Part shown: positions 39,442 to 49,424 of the stretch, piece after piece | How the letters are laid out: each line of letters opens with the position of its first letter | How positions within the stretch are numbered: the stretch's first letter is position 1 | Source: Terriglobia bacterium | GTDB lineage: Bacteria; Acidobacteriota; Terriglobia; Acidiferrales; UBA7541 | Length of the DNA stretch: 64,000 nt | Assembly (NCBI GenBank): GCA_963695545.1 | Contig: OY968796.1 | Coordinates: 3,264,001-3,328,000 of the forward strand | Direction: 5' to 3' | Program-made: the position numbers and the translations under genes | The notes under the pieces: generated by a model | Databases searched by the model: none | What the model was told of the DNA's origin: nothing | What the model saw: the letters and a program-made list of their open reading frames with translations, nothing else

Positions 39442-39996
39442 ATGACGCGACGCACGCAGATCATCGTGCTCTGTGTTCTGCTGGGCGTGTTCGCGCTGGC
39501 GCTTTACATCGAATTCCGCCCCGAATCCGGCAACGTGTCGTTCGCTCCTCCGCCCACCTCCGTGCAGCAATACGTTCCGCTGCAAGTGGAAAATCCCGCG
39601 CTGCGGCTCGATGAGATTGCTCGGGTGCACAGACTTGAATACACCGGCGTGCATCGCAACATTTTCAGCGCGACAATTCCACCTCCGCCTCCGCCGAAAC
39701 TCACCCCGGCGCAAATCAAGGCCCAGCAGGAAGCCGAGGCCAATCGGCCCCCGCCGCCTCCGCCTCCGCTTGACGTTCCGGCCACGTTTTTCGGTTACGT
39801 CACCGATGCGCGCACCGGGCACAAACAGGCATTTTTCACTAACGGCGACGACGTATTCATCGCCGGCGAAGGCGAGCTTCTGCTGGGCAGATTCCGGGTG
39901 CTGAAAATCGGCAATGACACGGCGGAAGTCGAGGAAGTCTCAAGCGGCCGCCGCGCGACCTTGACAATGCAGCAGGACGCCGCGCCGGCCGGATAA
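39442..39996 (+). CDS. PilP/GspC-like membrane-anchored Pro-rich protein
   Basis: TM, RNIF, poly-Pro linker, FFGYV...AFF...GELLLGRFRVLKIG beta domain. Confidence 0.65.
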   Translation: MTRRTQIIVLCVLLGVFALALYIEFRPESGNVSFAPPPTSVQQYVPLQVENPALRLDEIARVHRLEYTGVHRNIFSATIPPPPPPKLTPAQIKAQQEAEANRPPPPPPPLDVPATFFGYVTDARTGHKQAFFTNGDDVFIAGEGELLLGRFRVLKIGNDTAEVEEVSSGRRATLTMQQDAAPAG

Positions 39997-40875
39997 ATGC
40001 TGTTTCTGAAGATGAAAACTCAATCCAATTCGCGCCTGCGCAATTCTGAGTCCGGCTACACGCTGCTGATCGCCCTGCTGATCGTGGCGACCATCCTCTT
40101 GATCACCGCCGCCGCCGCTCCCAATATTTTCACGGAGGGCCGGCGCGATCGCGACGAGGAAATGATTTGGCGCGGCCAGCAGTACACTCGCGCCATCGGC
40201 CTTTATTACAAAAAGTACGGCCACTATCCGCACACCATCGACGACCTCACCAAGTCGGACACGCAGATTCGCTTCTTGCGCAAAGCCTACAAAGACCCAA
40301 TGAACACTGACGACGGAAGCTGGCGCCTGATTTACGTCGGCCCCGGCGGAGCGTTGATCAACAGCGTGATGTACACGAACATCGCGCAGGTCGGCCTGCC
40401 GCCGGGGTCGTTTGCGCCCCCGGGTGCCGGGCTCGGCGATCAGGACAACTCTTCCGCAGCGCAGACGCCTTCTGGCGAAACAAGCGGCACGGCTTCTGGC
40501 ACCGCTGGCGCAACGTCTGGTTCGACAATGGGAGCGACGGGCGCGGGGGCGGCGCCTGGAGCCGCGGGATTCAGCGACGAATCGCAGCCGACGTCACTTC
40601 AAGGCGATGTGATTGGTGGAAATCTGGTCGGCGTAGGCAGCAAAGTGAAAAAACCGTCGATCAAGGTTTACAACGGCGGAACGACCTACTACGAGTGGGA
40701 GTTCATCTGGAAGCCGCAGCAAGGAGCGCTGGGTGCAGGCGCTACGCCAACTCCTGCCGCGGCCGGCGCGACACCGATCCCCTCCGGCACATCGACTCCG
40801 ACAACAACCCAGCCCGCGCCCGGCGGCACGACTCCGGATCAAAGTCAGCAACCGCCGCCCGCGCCGGGTCCTTGA
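39997..40875 (+). CDS. Large pseudopilin (GspK/PilX-like)
   Basis: ESG|YTLLIALL class III-like signal without Glu5; FLRKAYKDPM, YYEWEFIW; alternative start 40012. Confidence 0.65.
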   Translation: MLFLKMKTQSNSRLRNSESGYTLLIALLIVATILLITAAAAPNIFTEGRRDRDEEMIWRGQQYTRAIGLYYKKYGHYPHTIDDLTKSDTQIRFLRKAYKDPMNTDDGSWRLIYVGPGGALINSVMYTNIAQVGLPPGSFAPPGAGLGDQDNSSAAQTPSGETSGTASGTAGATSGSTMGATGAGAAPGAAGFSDESQPTSLQGDVIGGNLVGVGSKVKKPSIKVYNGGTTYYEWEFIWKPQQGALGAGATPTPAAAGATPIPSGTSTPTTTQPAPGGTTPDQSQQPPPAPGP

Positions 40876-40910
40876 TCGCAAGAATCGCAGCGCGATCGGG
40901 CGATAGTCCC

Positions 40911-41540
40911 TTACTTGTTTTCAGTTTGAGTGAACCGCTCGGTGACGCGCCGCACATAATTCTGCGTCTCGGGGTAGGGAGGCACGCCGCCATATTGCAC
41001 CACGCGATCGGGCCCGGCGTTGTAAGCGGCCAGAGCGAGCGTGACATTCTGTCCGTAGCGATCGAGCAGCTCCTTCAGATAGCGCGTGCCCGCATCAATA
41101 TTCTGCCGCGGATCGAACACGTCAGCCACGCGATAGCGCGCCACGATTTCCGGGCGCAGCTGCATCAATCCGCGCGCCAGCCGCGGCGAAACCGCGCGCG
41201 CCTGGAAATTCGATTCCGCTGCAATCACCGCGATCACCAGATTCGCGTCCACGCCGTAACGCAGCGCAGCCGCCGCGATCTCGTCGGAGTAGGGCGAATT
41301 TTGCTGCGGCGCGAGCGCGGGAGTAAAAATTTCCTCGGGCTCAACGTGATCTAACTCGGAGGCCGGAATCTCCACGCTCCCGCCCTCGATCGTCAGGCGC
41401 ACGGTTGCGCCAAGCATTTCGTATCCCGTGATGCGCAGCCGTTGTCCCGTGCGCAAGACGGCGTAATCCGCGCGCGCGGCCGGCGCGGCGCACGCCAGGA
41501 AGAATGCCGTGAAGATCGCTGCGAGAACGGCGCGCTTCAT
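40911..41540 (-). CDS. Secreted lytic transglycosylase (SLT domain)
   Basis: Signal peptide, IAAESNF, ARGLMQL, ALAAYNAG, PPYPETQNYV. Confidence 0.92.
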   Translation of the reverse strand: MKRAVLAAIFTAFFLACAAPAARADYAVLRTGQRLRITGYEMLGATVRLTIEGGSVEIPASELDHVEPEEIFTPALAPQQNSPYSDEIAAAALRYGVDANLVIAVIAAESNFQARAVSPRLARGLMQLRPEIVARYRVADVFDPRQNIDAGTRYLKELLDRYGQNVTLALAAYNAGPDRVVQYGGVPPYPETQNYVRRVTERFTQTENK

Positions 41541-42406
41541 GAAGCCCCCAACGTGTAAGCCTCGATCGCGTGCGCCACTCCGCTTTCGTCGTTCGAGAGC
41601 GTTTCGGCCCAGCCGAGCGATTTTAGTTCCGGCACGCCATTCTCCATGACCACGGGAACGCCGGCGTAAGCCAGCATTTCGCGATCGTTCAAATTGTCGC
41701 CGATGGCCATCACCGATTCGCGCGCAATACCGCGCGCCGCAGCCCACTCCGCCAGCGTCGCTCCCTTCGAGCAACCGCTGCGAATCACGTCCACCAACCC
41801 GAAATCGCGGCCGTCGTAAAACGTCCGCGCCATGGAAAAGCGTTCCTCGGGCGGCGCGAACTGCGCCAGCGATTCGAGCCTCGATGCGACCTCGCGCATG
41901 CGCGCAACGCGTCCCGTGAACATTACCTGGATGGGGTCGCTGGTGTCGCCGTTTTTTTCCTCGAGGCAGCTTTCGAGCGGCGAGACCTCCGCCAGGTATT
42001 CGCGATTGCGCTCGAAGTAGCTGCGCCGCGCCGGGTCGTTCCAATCGATGCGCTCGTAAATCACTTGCCCTTCGCGCGGCCTGTCGAAGTGTACCGCCGT
42101 GCCGTCGCGAAATGCCGGCGTCTCCCGCAGCACGCGAAGCGCGGCCAGGCGCGGAAGCAGGTGCGAAAGCAATGTCTCGCCGGCGGTCGATTTGACGAGC
42201 GCGCCATTGTTCAGGATCAGCGTCAGCGGAGAGGGAATCTTGTTCGCGATGGGCAGCGCGAAGTTGTAGCGCCGTCCGGTCACCAGCGCCACCTCGATCC
42301 CGCGTTCGGTAGCCTGCGCGATGGCGCGCAGATTCGCGTCCGAAACTTGCCAGCGGCTGTCGAGCAGCGTCCCGTCAATATCGAGCGCGATGAGTCGAAT
42401 CGCCAT
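41537..42406 (-). CDS. Cof-type HAD-IIB hydrolase
   Basis: LIALDIDGTLL, VTGR, CSKG, AIGDNLND. Confidence 0.92.
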   Translation of the reverse strand: MAIRLIALDIDGTLLDSRWQVSDANLRAIAQATERGIEVALVTGRRYNFALPIANKIPSPLTLILNNGALVKSTAGETLLSHLLPRLAALRVLRETPAFRDGTAVHFDRPREGQVIYERIDWNDPARRSYFERNREYLAEVSPLESCLEEKNGDTSDPIQVMFTGRVARMREVASRLESLAQFAPPEERFSMARTFYDGRDFGLVDVIRSGCSKGATLAEWAAARGIARESVMAIGDNLNDREMLAYAGVPVVMENGVPELKSLGWAETLSNDESGVAHAIEAYTLGAS

Positions 42407-42529
42407 CACGTCATTTTACCTTGATATTCGTGCCGCATCGTCCGCCGATGCCAGCAATGCGGCGTGGGTGACACTCGCGCGGAGGCAACTCGTAGTTTCT
42501 GAGGTTTCGTTTCGGTTAGGAGTGGCAGA

Positions 42530-42970
42530 TCAGGACCCGGTCTTCGGTGCTGGCTTCGATCCGTTCGTCGCGAGATACGAGCAAACGTGCCTCGCTGCTG
42601 AATCCATGGTGTCGGAGCGAATTGAATAGATGGCGTCGCCCTTCGGCGAGTACATGATCAACAGATTCGTTTTCGACGTCAATTCGTTCCAGATCGCCTT
42701 CGTGTCCCACAGCAGAATATACGAAGCCTTCGACGGGTCCGAGGTGACTTCGACCGAAGAGCATTGCGAAGCCATCGCGGAGACTTCGTTCAGGTGGGCC
42801 GAATCCGGCGCGGCATTGTCGGCGCTGGTGGTGGTTCTCGTCTTGAATCCGCCGGACTTCTGCCAGTCGTTCGAATTCGAAATATAAATTTTCGTCGTCG
42901 CCGGAGTTGCCTGGGCTCGCGCCGCCACGGCGGTTAGCGCGCAAATCGCAATCAGTAGAAGTGTTCGCAT
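42530..42970 (-). CDS. Small secreted hypothetical protein
   Basis: Signal peptide MRTLLLIAICALTAVAARA; two Cys; no recognisable family. Confidence 0.6.
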   Translation of the reverse strand: MRTLLLIAICALTAVAARAQATPATTKIYISNSNDWQKSGGFKTRTTTSADNAAPDSAHLNEVSAMASQCSSVEVTSDPSKASYILLWDTKAIWNELTSKTNLLIMYSPKGDAIYSIRSDTMDSAARHVCSYLATNGSKPAPKTGS

Positions 42971-43002
42971 GCAGGCACCATGCCCCGGGTCGAGTGCGCC
43001 TG

Positions 43003-44007
43003 TCAAGGTTTTCCTCCCGCTGCCGGATTCGCGCCCGCGCTCGAGGCGTCCGCTTCCATCCAGCCGTTCGCGCGCATCCAGTTCGCAAGCAGCGTCGGCC
43101 ACTCCGCAAGCGCGGGGATCCCCGGAATATGCTGCGCGAGGCCGGTTCCATGCGGCCCATTTTCAAATATGTGCAATTCCGCCGGAACTCCGGCTTTCTG
43201 CAGCGCTTCAAAATAACGAACGCTATTGATCACCGGCACGGTTTGATCGTTCGCCGTGTGGTAGAGAAATGCCGGAGGCGTATCCGCTGTCACCTGATCC
43301 TCACTCGAGAGCATGGCCACGAGTTTCCGATCCGGATCCGGCCCCAGCAGATTTAGCCGCGACGCTGGATGCGTGATCTCCTCGTGCATGCTGATCACGC
43401 CGTAACATAGGATCGAAAAATCCGGCCGGCTACCGGCCTGCTCGATCGGGTCGGCGGAATCGGCGTGGCCCGCGTCGTAGTGCGTCGAAATGATCGACGC
43501 CAAACTTCCGCCCGCCGAAAATCCCATCACGCCGATGTGCTTCGGATCGAGTCCCAGCGCCGCCCCGTTCGCGCGCACGTAGCGCATTGCGCGCGTCACG
43601 TCGTCGAACTGCGCCGGATAGTGGTAGCGCGGCCCCAGCCGGTAATGCAGCACGAATCCCGCGACGCCGCGCGCGTTCAGCCACGCCGCCACGTCGGATC
43701 CTTCTTTGTCGAGCGAAAGGTGCATGTACGCGCCGCCCGGACAGATCACCACGCCGGTGTGCGTCGGATTCGACGCCGGCAAATAAATATCGAGAGACGG
43801 CGAATCTAGCGTGCCTCCGCCCGTAAGCGCCCCCGGCGCGCCATTCGGCCACAACAAAATCGAGCGCGCTCCAATCGCCGTCGCCGCTGGAGCCGCAGCC
43901 GCGCTCTGCGCCCGGGCCCCTGGCGCAATCAAGAGCGCCGCAAAGAGCAACAGCACAGCAACCAAGCACGCGAATGCAACCGGGACCCTCGGTACAAAGT
44001 GCATCAT
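43003..44007 (-). CDS. Secreted alpha/beta hydrolase (carbohydrate esterase-like)
   Basis: CPGGAY, GFSAGG nucleophile elbow, DQTVP, GPHG. Confidence 0.88.
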   Translation of the reverse strand: MMHFVPRVPVAFACLVAVLLLFAALLIAPGARAQSAAAAPAATAIGARSILLWPNGAPGALTGGGTLDSPSLDIYLPASNPTHTGVVICPGGAYMHLSLDKEGSDVAAWLNARGVAGFVLHYRLGPRYHYPAQFDDVTRAMRYVRANGAALGLDPKHIGVMGFSAGGSLASIISTHYDAGHADSADPIEQAGSRPDFSILCYGVISMHEEITHPASRLNLLGPDPDRKLVAMLSSEDQVTADTPPAFLYHTANDQTVPVINSVRYFEALQKAGVPAELHIFENGPHGTGLAQHIPGIPALAEWPTLLANWMRANGWMEADASSAGANPAAGGKP

Positions 44008-44048
44008 GGTCGGGAAACCTCCGCGAGAACCGCGCGATGCGAAACGTT

Positions 44049-44124
44049 TGGTGGACGACGGGGGATTCGAACCCCCGACCTCCTCGTTGCGAACGAGGCG
44101 CTCTCCCAGCTGAGCTAGTCGCCC
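44049..44124 (-). tRNA. tRNA-Ala(CGC)
   Basis: 76-nt cloverleaf GGGCGACTAGCTCAGCTGGGAGAGCG...TTCGCAA...GGTTCGAATCC...TCCACCA; G3:U70 identity pair; encoded CCA. Confidence 0.96.
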
Positions 44125-44300
44125 ACCGTCGGACTGCGCACAACAGGATAACCGGACAACCGGCCATCAAGAATAGCAAACCGAGTTCCTATTTCCTATC
44201 CGCGCTGCCCGCGCTTGAACCGCGCTCGGCGCCGCGCGAGCCCGTGCTAGAATAACCGCGACTCACAATTTGCATTTCAGCCACCATGGGAGGCGGCGCG

Positions 44301-45317
44301 ATGAAGATTACTGCGGGGAAGCAGAAGGGATTGAAGGCGGTGTCGAACGAGCGCGGCGTGATCGCCGCGGCCGCCATGGATCAGCGCGGTTCGTTGCGCA
44401 GCGCCATCGCCAGCGGCAAGGGCATCGACAAAAAAGCCGTAACCGACGCGATGATGATCGAGTTCAAAGAAGCCGTCACGCGCGTCTTGACGCCGCACGC
44501 CAGCGCGATCCTGCTCGATCCCGAATTCGGCCTGAGCGCCGCCAAGCTGCGCGCGAAAAACGCCGGCCTTTTGCTGGCCTACGAGAACAGCGGCTACGAC
44601 AACACCAAGCCCGGTCGCCTGCCCGACCTGCTGGATCATTATTCCGTGCGCCGCATCGTGGCCGATGGCGCCGACTGCGTCAAAATTCTGCTCTACTACA
44701 CGCCATTCGATCCGCCGGACATCAACGACATCAAGCACGCCTGGATCGAGCGCATCGGCGCCGAATGCATCGCTGCCGACGTGCCGTTCTTCCTCGAATT
44801 CGTGGGCTACGAAGAGGGCAAGGATGAAAAAAGTCTGGCCTTCGCCAAGGACAAGCCGGAAGTTGTTACCCGCAGCATGGAAGAATTCTCGAAGCCGCAA
44901 TATGCGGTCGATATTCTCAAAGTCGAAGTTCCGGTGAACATGGCGTACGTCGCCGGCGCGCGCGAAGCGAAAGGCGAGACGGCCTACACGCGCGATCAAG
45001 CCAAGGATTATTTCCGCAAAGCCGCGGCCGTCGCCAAGAAACCCTTCATCTATCTCTCCGCCGGCGTCAGCAACGAAACTTTCAACGACACGCTCGAGCT
45101 CGCCGCCGAATCCGGCGTGAATTTCTCCGGCGTGCTTTGCGGCCGCGCCACTTGGAAAGACGGGATTCCGGTCTACGCAAAATCCGGCGTCAAGGCGCTT
45201 GAAGATTGGCTCTCCGACACCGGCGTGAAGAACATCGAGAACGTGAACGCGCGCCTGGTCGCGGCCAAGCCGTGGTTCGCATTTTACGGCGCGTCGTCCG
45301 CGGCCGCGCTCGCGTAA
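44301..45317 (+). CDS. lacD: Tagatose-1,6-bisphosphate aldolase (class I, LacD family)
   Basis: AMDQRGSL, ASAILLDPEFG, DILKVEVPVN, PFIYLSAGVS, GVLCGRATW; GGAGG RBS. Confidence 0.9.
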   Translation: MKITAGKQKGLKAVSNERGVIAAAAMDQRGSLRSAIASGKGIDKKAVTDAMMIEFKEAVTRVLTPHASAILLDPEFGLSAAKLRAKNAGLLLAYENSGYDNTKPGRLPDLLDHYSVRRIVADGADCVKILLYYTPFDPPDINDIKHAWIERIGAECIAADVPFFLEFVGYEEGKDEKSLAFAKDKPEVVTRSMEEFSKPQYAVDILKVEVPVNMAYVAGAREAKGETAYTRDQAKDYFRKAAAVAKKPFIYLSAGVSNETFNDTLELAAESGVNFSGVLCGRATWKDGIPVYAKSGVKALEDWLSDTGVKNIENVNARLVAAKPWFAFYGASSAAALA

Positions 45318-45337
45318 CAGCCGCGCCGACTTTTCGC

Positions 45338-45781
45338 ATGAGCGCTCCCGCACGATCCACGCACGGCACGCGCACCGAGAAGCTCGCGATCAAGACTTCC
45401 CGGCGCACCGAGTTGCGCAAGATCACGCGTGAGGTGGCCGAAATCGTCGCGCGCCATGGTCCGATCGACGGCGTGTGCCATGTCTACGTTCCGCACACCA
45501 CCGCCGGCATCACGATCAACGAAGGCGCCGACCCGGACGTCGCGCACGATATCGAATCGACATTCGATCGCATGGTGCCGCGCGAAGCAGCGGGCTACCG
45601 GCACGCGGAAGGGAATTCAGATTCGCACGTAAAGACTGCGATGGTCGGCACGTCGCAGACCGTGCTCATCGAAAACGGCCGCCTGGTGCTGGGCCGCTGG
45701 CAGGCAATTTTTCTGTGCGAATTTGACGGCCCGCGCACGCGCGAAGTCCTCGTGCGCGTGGTGCCTGTCGCTCCGGCCTGA
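45338..45781 (+). CDS. yjbQ: YjbQ/UPF0047 family protein
   Basis: PHTTAGITINEGADPDV, HAEGNSDSHVK, LGRWQAIFLCEFDGPR. Confidence 0.9.
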   Translation: MSAPARSTHGTRTEKLAIKTSRRTELRKITREVAEIVARHGPIDGVCHVYVPHTTAGITINEGADPDVAHDIESTFDRMVPREAAGYRHAEGNSDSHVKTAMVGTSQTVLIENGRLVLGRWQAIFLCEFDGPRTREVLVRVVPVAPA

Positions 45782-45807
45782 GCCGCGAGCAATTCGAGAG
45801 AATCCCA

Positions 45808-46977
45808 ATGCCACACGGCCTCTACATCCAGGTTCCGTTTTGCCAAACGAAATGCACGTATTGCAATTTCCACACCGGCGTATTTTCCGCCGGTCTGCAA
45901 TCGCCTTATATCAGCGCCGTCTGCCGCGAAATGAAAATGTTTCGCAAGTGGTCCGAACGTGCCGGCCTCGGATGTTTTCCAAACGCTGAAGCGCCGCTTT
46001 CAATCGACACCGTGTACGTCGGCGGCGGCACGCCGAGTATGCTGGACCCCGCGGATCTCGCGCGCCTGCTCGATACCGCGCGCGAGTCTTTTCCGTGCGA
46101 TTGGACCGAAGTCACGCTCGAAGCCGATCCCGAAACCATCACTCCCGAGCGTGCCGCCGCCTGGCGCGCCGCCGGCTTTAATCGCATCAGTCTCGGCGCG
46201 CAATCGTTCGATGATCGCGAATTGGCCGCAGCCGGCCGGCTGCATCGCCGCGTCGACCTCTACGCCGCCGACCGCACCTTGCGCGACGCGGGCTTCGCGA
46301 ACATTAGCTTCGATCTGATCGCCGGCCTCGCGCACCAAACTCGCGCCAGTTGGTCCGATTCCTTGCAGCGCCTGATCGATCTGCACCCCGAGCACATTTC
46401 GATCTACATGCTGGAAATCGACGAAGCCAGCCGCCTGGGCGCCGAATCTCTGGCCGGCGGCGCGCGCTACGGCGCCGGCGCATTGCCCAGCGATGACGAC
46501 GTCGCCGATTTCTATGAATCTGCGCGCTCCGTCCTCGCCGCCGCCCGATACGAGCAGTACGAAATCTCGAGTTGGGCGCGCCCCGGTTTCCGTTCGCGCC
46601 ACAATTTGAAATATTGGCAGCGCCAACCGTATTTCGGTTTCGGCGCCGGCGCACATTCCTTCGATGGTCGCGAGCGTTGGGCCAAAGTGCACGATCCCGC
46701 CGCCTACACCGCCGCGATCGAGCAAGGCCTGTGGCCGATCGAGCAGCGCCAGCACGTCTCTCCCGCGCAAGCTCTCGAGGAAGAATTGTTCCTCGGCCTG
46801 CGGCAACTCGATGGCATCGACGTCGCAGCAATCGAAGCGCACTACGGCCGCGATTTGCACGCGCGCCTCGTGCCACTTCTCGACCAGGGTCTCATCGAAC
46901 TCAACGGATCAACGTTGCGCCTCGCGCCCGCGCGCCTCGCCGTCTCAAACGAAGTTTTCGTCAGCCTGCTCGACTGA
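45808..46977 (+). CDS. hemW: Radical SAM heme chaperone HemW
   Basis: [30 protein letters not shown]. Confidence 0.88.
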   Translation: MPHGLYIQVPFCQTKCTYCNFHTGVFSAGLQSPYISAVCREMKMFRKWSERAGLGCFPNAEAPLSIDTVYVGGGTPSMLDPADLARLLDTARESFPCDWTEVTLEADPETITPERAAAWRAAGFNRISLGAQSFDDRELAAAGRLHRRVDLYAADRTLRDAGFANISFDLIAGLAHQTRASWSDSLQRLIDLHPEHISIYMLEIDEASRLGAESLAGGARYGAGALPSDDDVADFYESARSVLAAARYEQYEISSWARPGFRSRHNLKYWQRQPYFGFGAGAHSFDGRERWAKVHDPAAYTAAIEQGLWPIEQRQHVSPAQALEEELFLGLRQLDGIDVAAIEAHYGRDLHARLVPLLDQGLIELNGSTLRLAPARLAVSNEVFVSLLD

Positions 46978-46997
46978 GGCTGGAAAGAAGAAGAGCG

Positions 46998-48092
46998 ATG
47001 AATCCCACGTCAGCGACTTCAACGCGAGCCGAATCCGAACACGCGCAACGCACGCAAAGCGTCGTCGACTTGCGCAGCGACACGGTCACGCGCCCCACGC
47101 CCGAGATGCGCCGTGCCATGGCCGAAGCCGAAGTCGGCGACGACGTCTACGCCGAAGATCCCGCGGTCAATCGCCTGCAAGCGCGCGCCGCCGAAATCTT
47201 CGGACGCGAAGCCGCGATCTTCGTGCCCTCCGGCTCGATGGGCAATCTCGTCGCGGTGCTGTGCCACACGCGCCCCGGCAGCGAAGTGATTTGCGAAGAG
47301 CGCGGCCACGTCTGCCAATTCGAGATGGCCTCGATGTCCGCCATCGCCGGCTGCATGCCTCGCACGACGTTCGTCGACGACGGCATTCTTTCCTGGGAGC
47401 GCATCGAGCCGCTGATTCGTCCGAAAATTTACTACCGTGCGCAAACCGCCCTGATCGCGCTCGAAAATAGTCACAACATGGCCGGAGGCACGGTGTATCC
47501 GCCGCACGTCTCCGACGAAATCTGCGATCGCGCGCACGCTGCCGGCATCCCCGTGCATCTCGACGGCGCGCGCATCTTCAACGCCTCGGTGGCGCTCGGT
47601 CGTCCGGTCGCCGAGCTCACGCGCAAATTCGATTCCGTGATGTTTTGCCTGTCGAAAGGCCTGGGGGCTCCCGTCGGCTCGATGCTTCTCGGTTCGCGCG
47701 AGTTCATCGAAGCCGCGCGCATTAAGCGCAAACTTCTCGGTGGCGGAATGCGTCAGGCCGGAGTGCTCGCCGCGGCGGGACTTGTGGCGCTGGAAAAATC
47801 CCCAGCGCGCCTGCATGAAGATCACGAAAACGCTCAATTCCTGGCGCTACGTCTAAGCGAATTGCCCGGCGTGCGCGTCGATCTGAAAAAAGTCCAAACC
47901 AACATCGTGTTCTTCGACGTGAAGGCCACCGGCCGGACCGCCGCGGCAATCTGTGCCGACCTGGCAAAGCGCGAAGTCCTGTGCGGCGCGATCGACGCCC
48001 ACTCGATCCGCATGCTCACGCATTGCGACGTCAACCGCGCCGGCATCGAGCGCGCCATCGCCGAGCTGCGCACAGTCCTCGCCGCCGCGTGA
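46998..48092 (+). CDS. ltaE: Low-specificity L-threonine aldolase
   Basis: [45 protein letters not shown]. Confidence 0.93.
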   Translation: MNPTSATSTRAESEHAQRTQSVVDLRSDTVTRPTPEMRRAMAEAEVGDDVYAEDPAVNRLQARAAEIFGREAAIFVPSGSMGNLVAVLCHTRPGSEVICEERGHVCQFEMASMSAIAGCMPRTTFVDDGILSWERIEPLIRPKIYYRAQTALIALENSHNMAGGTVYPPHVSDEICDRAHAAGIPVHLDGARIFNASVALGRPVAELTRKFDSVMFCLSKGLGAPVGSMLLGSREFIEAARIKRKLLGGGMRQAGVLAAAGLVALEKSPARLHEDHENAQFLALRLSELPGVRVDLKKVQTNIVFFDVKATGRTAAAICADLAKREVLCGAIDAHSIRMLTHCDVNRAGIERAIAELRTVLAAA

Positions 48093-48214
48093 CGCCGCGA
48101 ACACGCGGCCCCGGTTTTGCCCGCGCCGCCCGACCGAGACGCTGTACTATGTGGCGAGCAATTGCAGGCGAGCGCCGTCGCTCAACTTTCTCGCCGCACG
48201 CCCGCGGGGTGCGA

Positions 48215-49366
48215 GTGGATTTCTCTTTTACCGAAGAACAGCAACAACTGCGCCGCAGCGTTCGCGAATTCGCGGCGTCAGAAATCGCGCCCCACGTGAT
48301 GGAGTGGGACGAAGCCTCGCGTTTTCCCGCCGAGCTCGTTCCCAAACTCGCCGAAATGGGCCTGCTCGGCGTGATTTTCCCCGAAGCCTACGGCGGCGCC
48401 GGTCTCGGCTACACCGAATACGTGATCGCCATCGAGGAACTCGCGCGCGTCGATGGCTCGATCGGACTGATCGTCGCCGCGCACAATTCGCTCTGCACCA
48501 ATCACATCTTCAAATTCGGCACCGAAGCGCAGAAACAAAAATACGTCGTGCCGCTCGCCCAAGGTCGCACGCTCGGTTGCTGGTCGCTCACCGAACCCGA
48601 AGCCGGCTCCGACGCCGGCGGCACGCGCACCGTCGCCGTCCGTGACGGAGACGCGTGGATTCTCGACGGCGCGAAAACTTTCACCACAAACGGCCACTAC
48701 GCGGGCGTGTGCGTAGCCATGGCCGTAACCGACACCTCGAAAGGCGCGCACGGCATCTCCGCCTTCATCGTCGAGAAAGACACGCCCGGTTTCCGCCCCG
48801 GCAAAAAAGAAAATAAACTCGGCATGCGTGCCAGCGACACCTCCGAAGTCGTCTTCAGCGATTGCCGCATTCCCGCCGCGCAACTCCTCGGTGCTGAAGG
48901 CGAAGGTTTCAAAAATAGTTTGCAAGTTCTCGACGGCGGACGAATTTCAATCGCCGCGCTCGCGCTGGGCATGGCGCAAGGAGCATTCGAGGCCGCCACG
49001 CGTTACGCGCGCGAGCGAAAACAGTTCGGCAAAGCGATTGCCGAATTTCAGGCCATTCAATTCAAGCTCGCCGACATGGCCACCGAGATCGAAGCCGCGC
49101 GCATGCTCGTTTATCAAGCCGCCTCGCTCGCCGATCGCGGCGGCGCGCGCTTCACGCGCGAATCGAGCATGGCGAAACTTTATGCCAGCGAAGTCGCCGT
49201 CCGCGTCGCGAACGAATGCGTGCAGATTCACGGTGGCTACGGATTCATTAAAGACTATCCGGCGGAGAAGTTTTATCGCGACGTCAAACTCTGCACCATC
49301 GGCGAAGGTACCAGCGAAATTCAGCGCCTGGTGATCGCTCGCCAACTCTTGGGCGGCAGCCATTAG
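48215..49366 (+). CDS. Acyl-CoA dehydrogenase (short/branched-chain type)
   Basis: [35 protein letters not shown]. Confidence 0.93.
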   Translation: MDFSFTEEQQQLRRSVREFAASEIAPHVMEWDEASRFPAELVPKLAEMGLLGVIFPEAYGGAGLGYTEYVIAIEELARVDGSIGLIVAAHNSLCTNHIFKFGTEAQKQKYVVPLAQGRTLGCWSLTEPEAGSDAGGTRTVAVRDGDAWILDGAKTFTTNGHYAGVCVAMAVTDTSKGAHGISAFIVEKDTPGFRPGKKENKLGMRASDTSEVVFSDCRIPAAQLLGAEGEGFKNSLQVLDGGRISIAALALGMAQGAFEAATRYARERKQFGKAIAEFQAIQFKLADMATEIEAARMLVYQAASLADRGGARFTRESSMAKLYASEVAVRVANECVQIHGGYGFIKDYPAEKFYRDVKLCTIGEGTSEIQRLVIARQLLGGSH

Positions 49367-49424
49367 CGGAGCGCCCACGCCCGTCGACGCCGAAGCCTGG
49401 GCCGCGCGAATTCGCGCCGGCGAC

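Noticed and set aside
42530..44124. tRNA-anchored genomic island or prophage
   Set aside because: No integrase and no duplicated tRNA 3' end was found.
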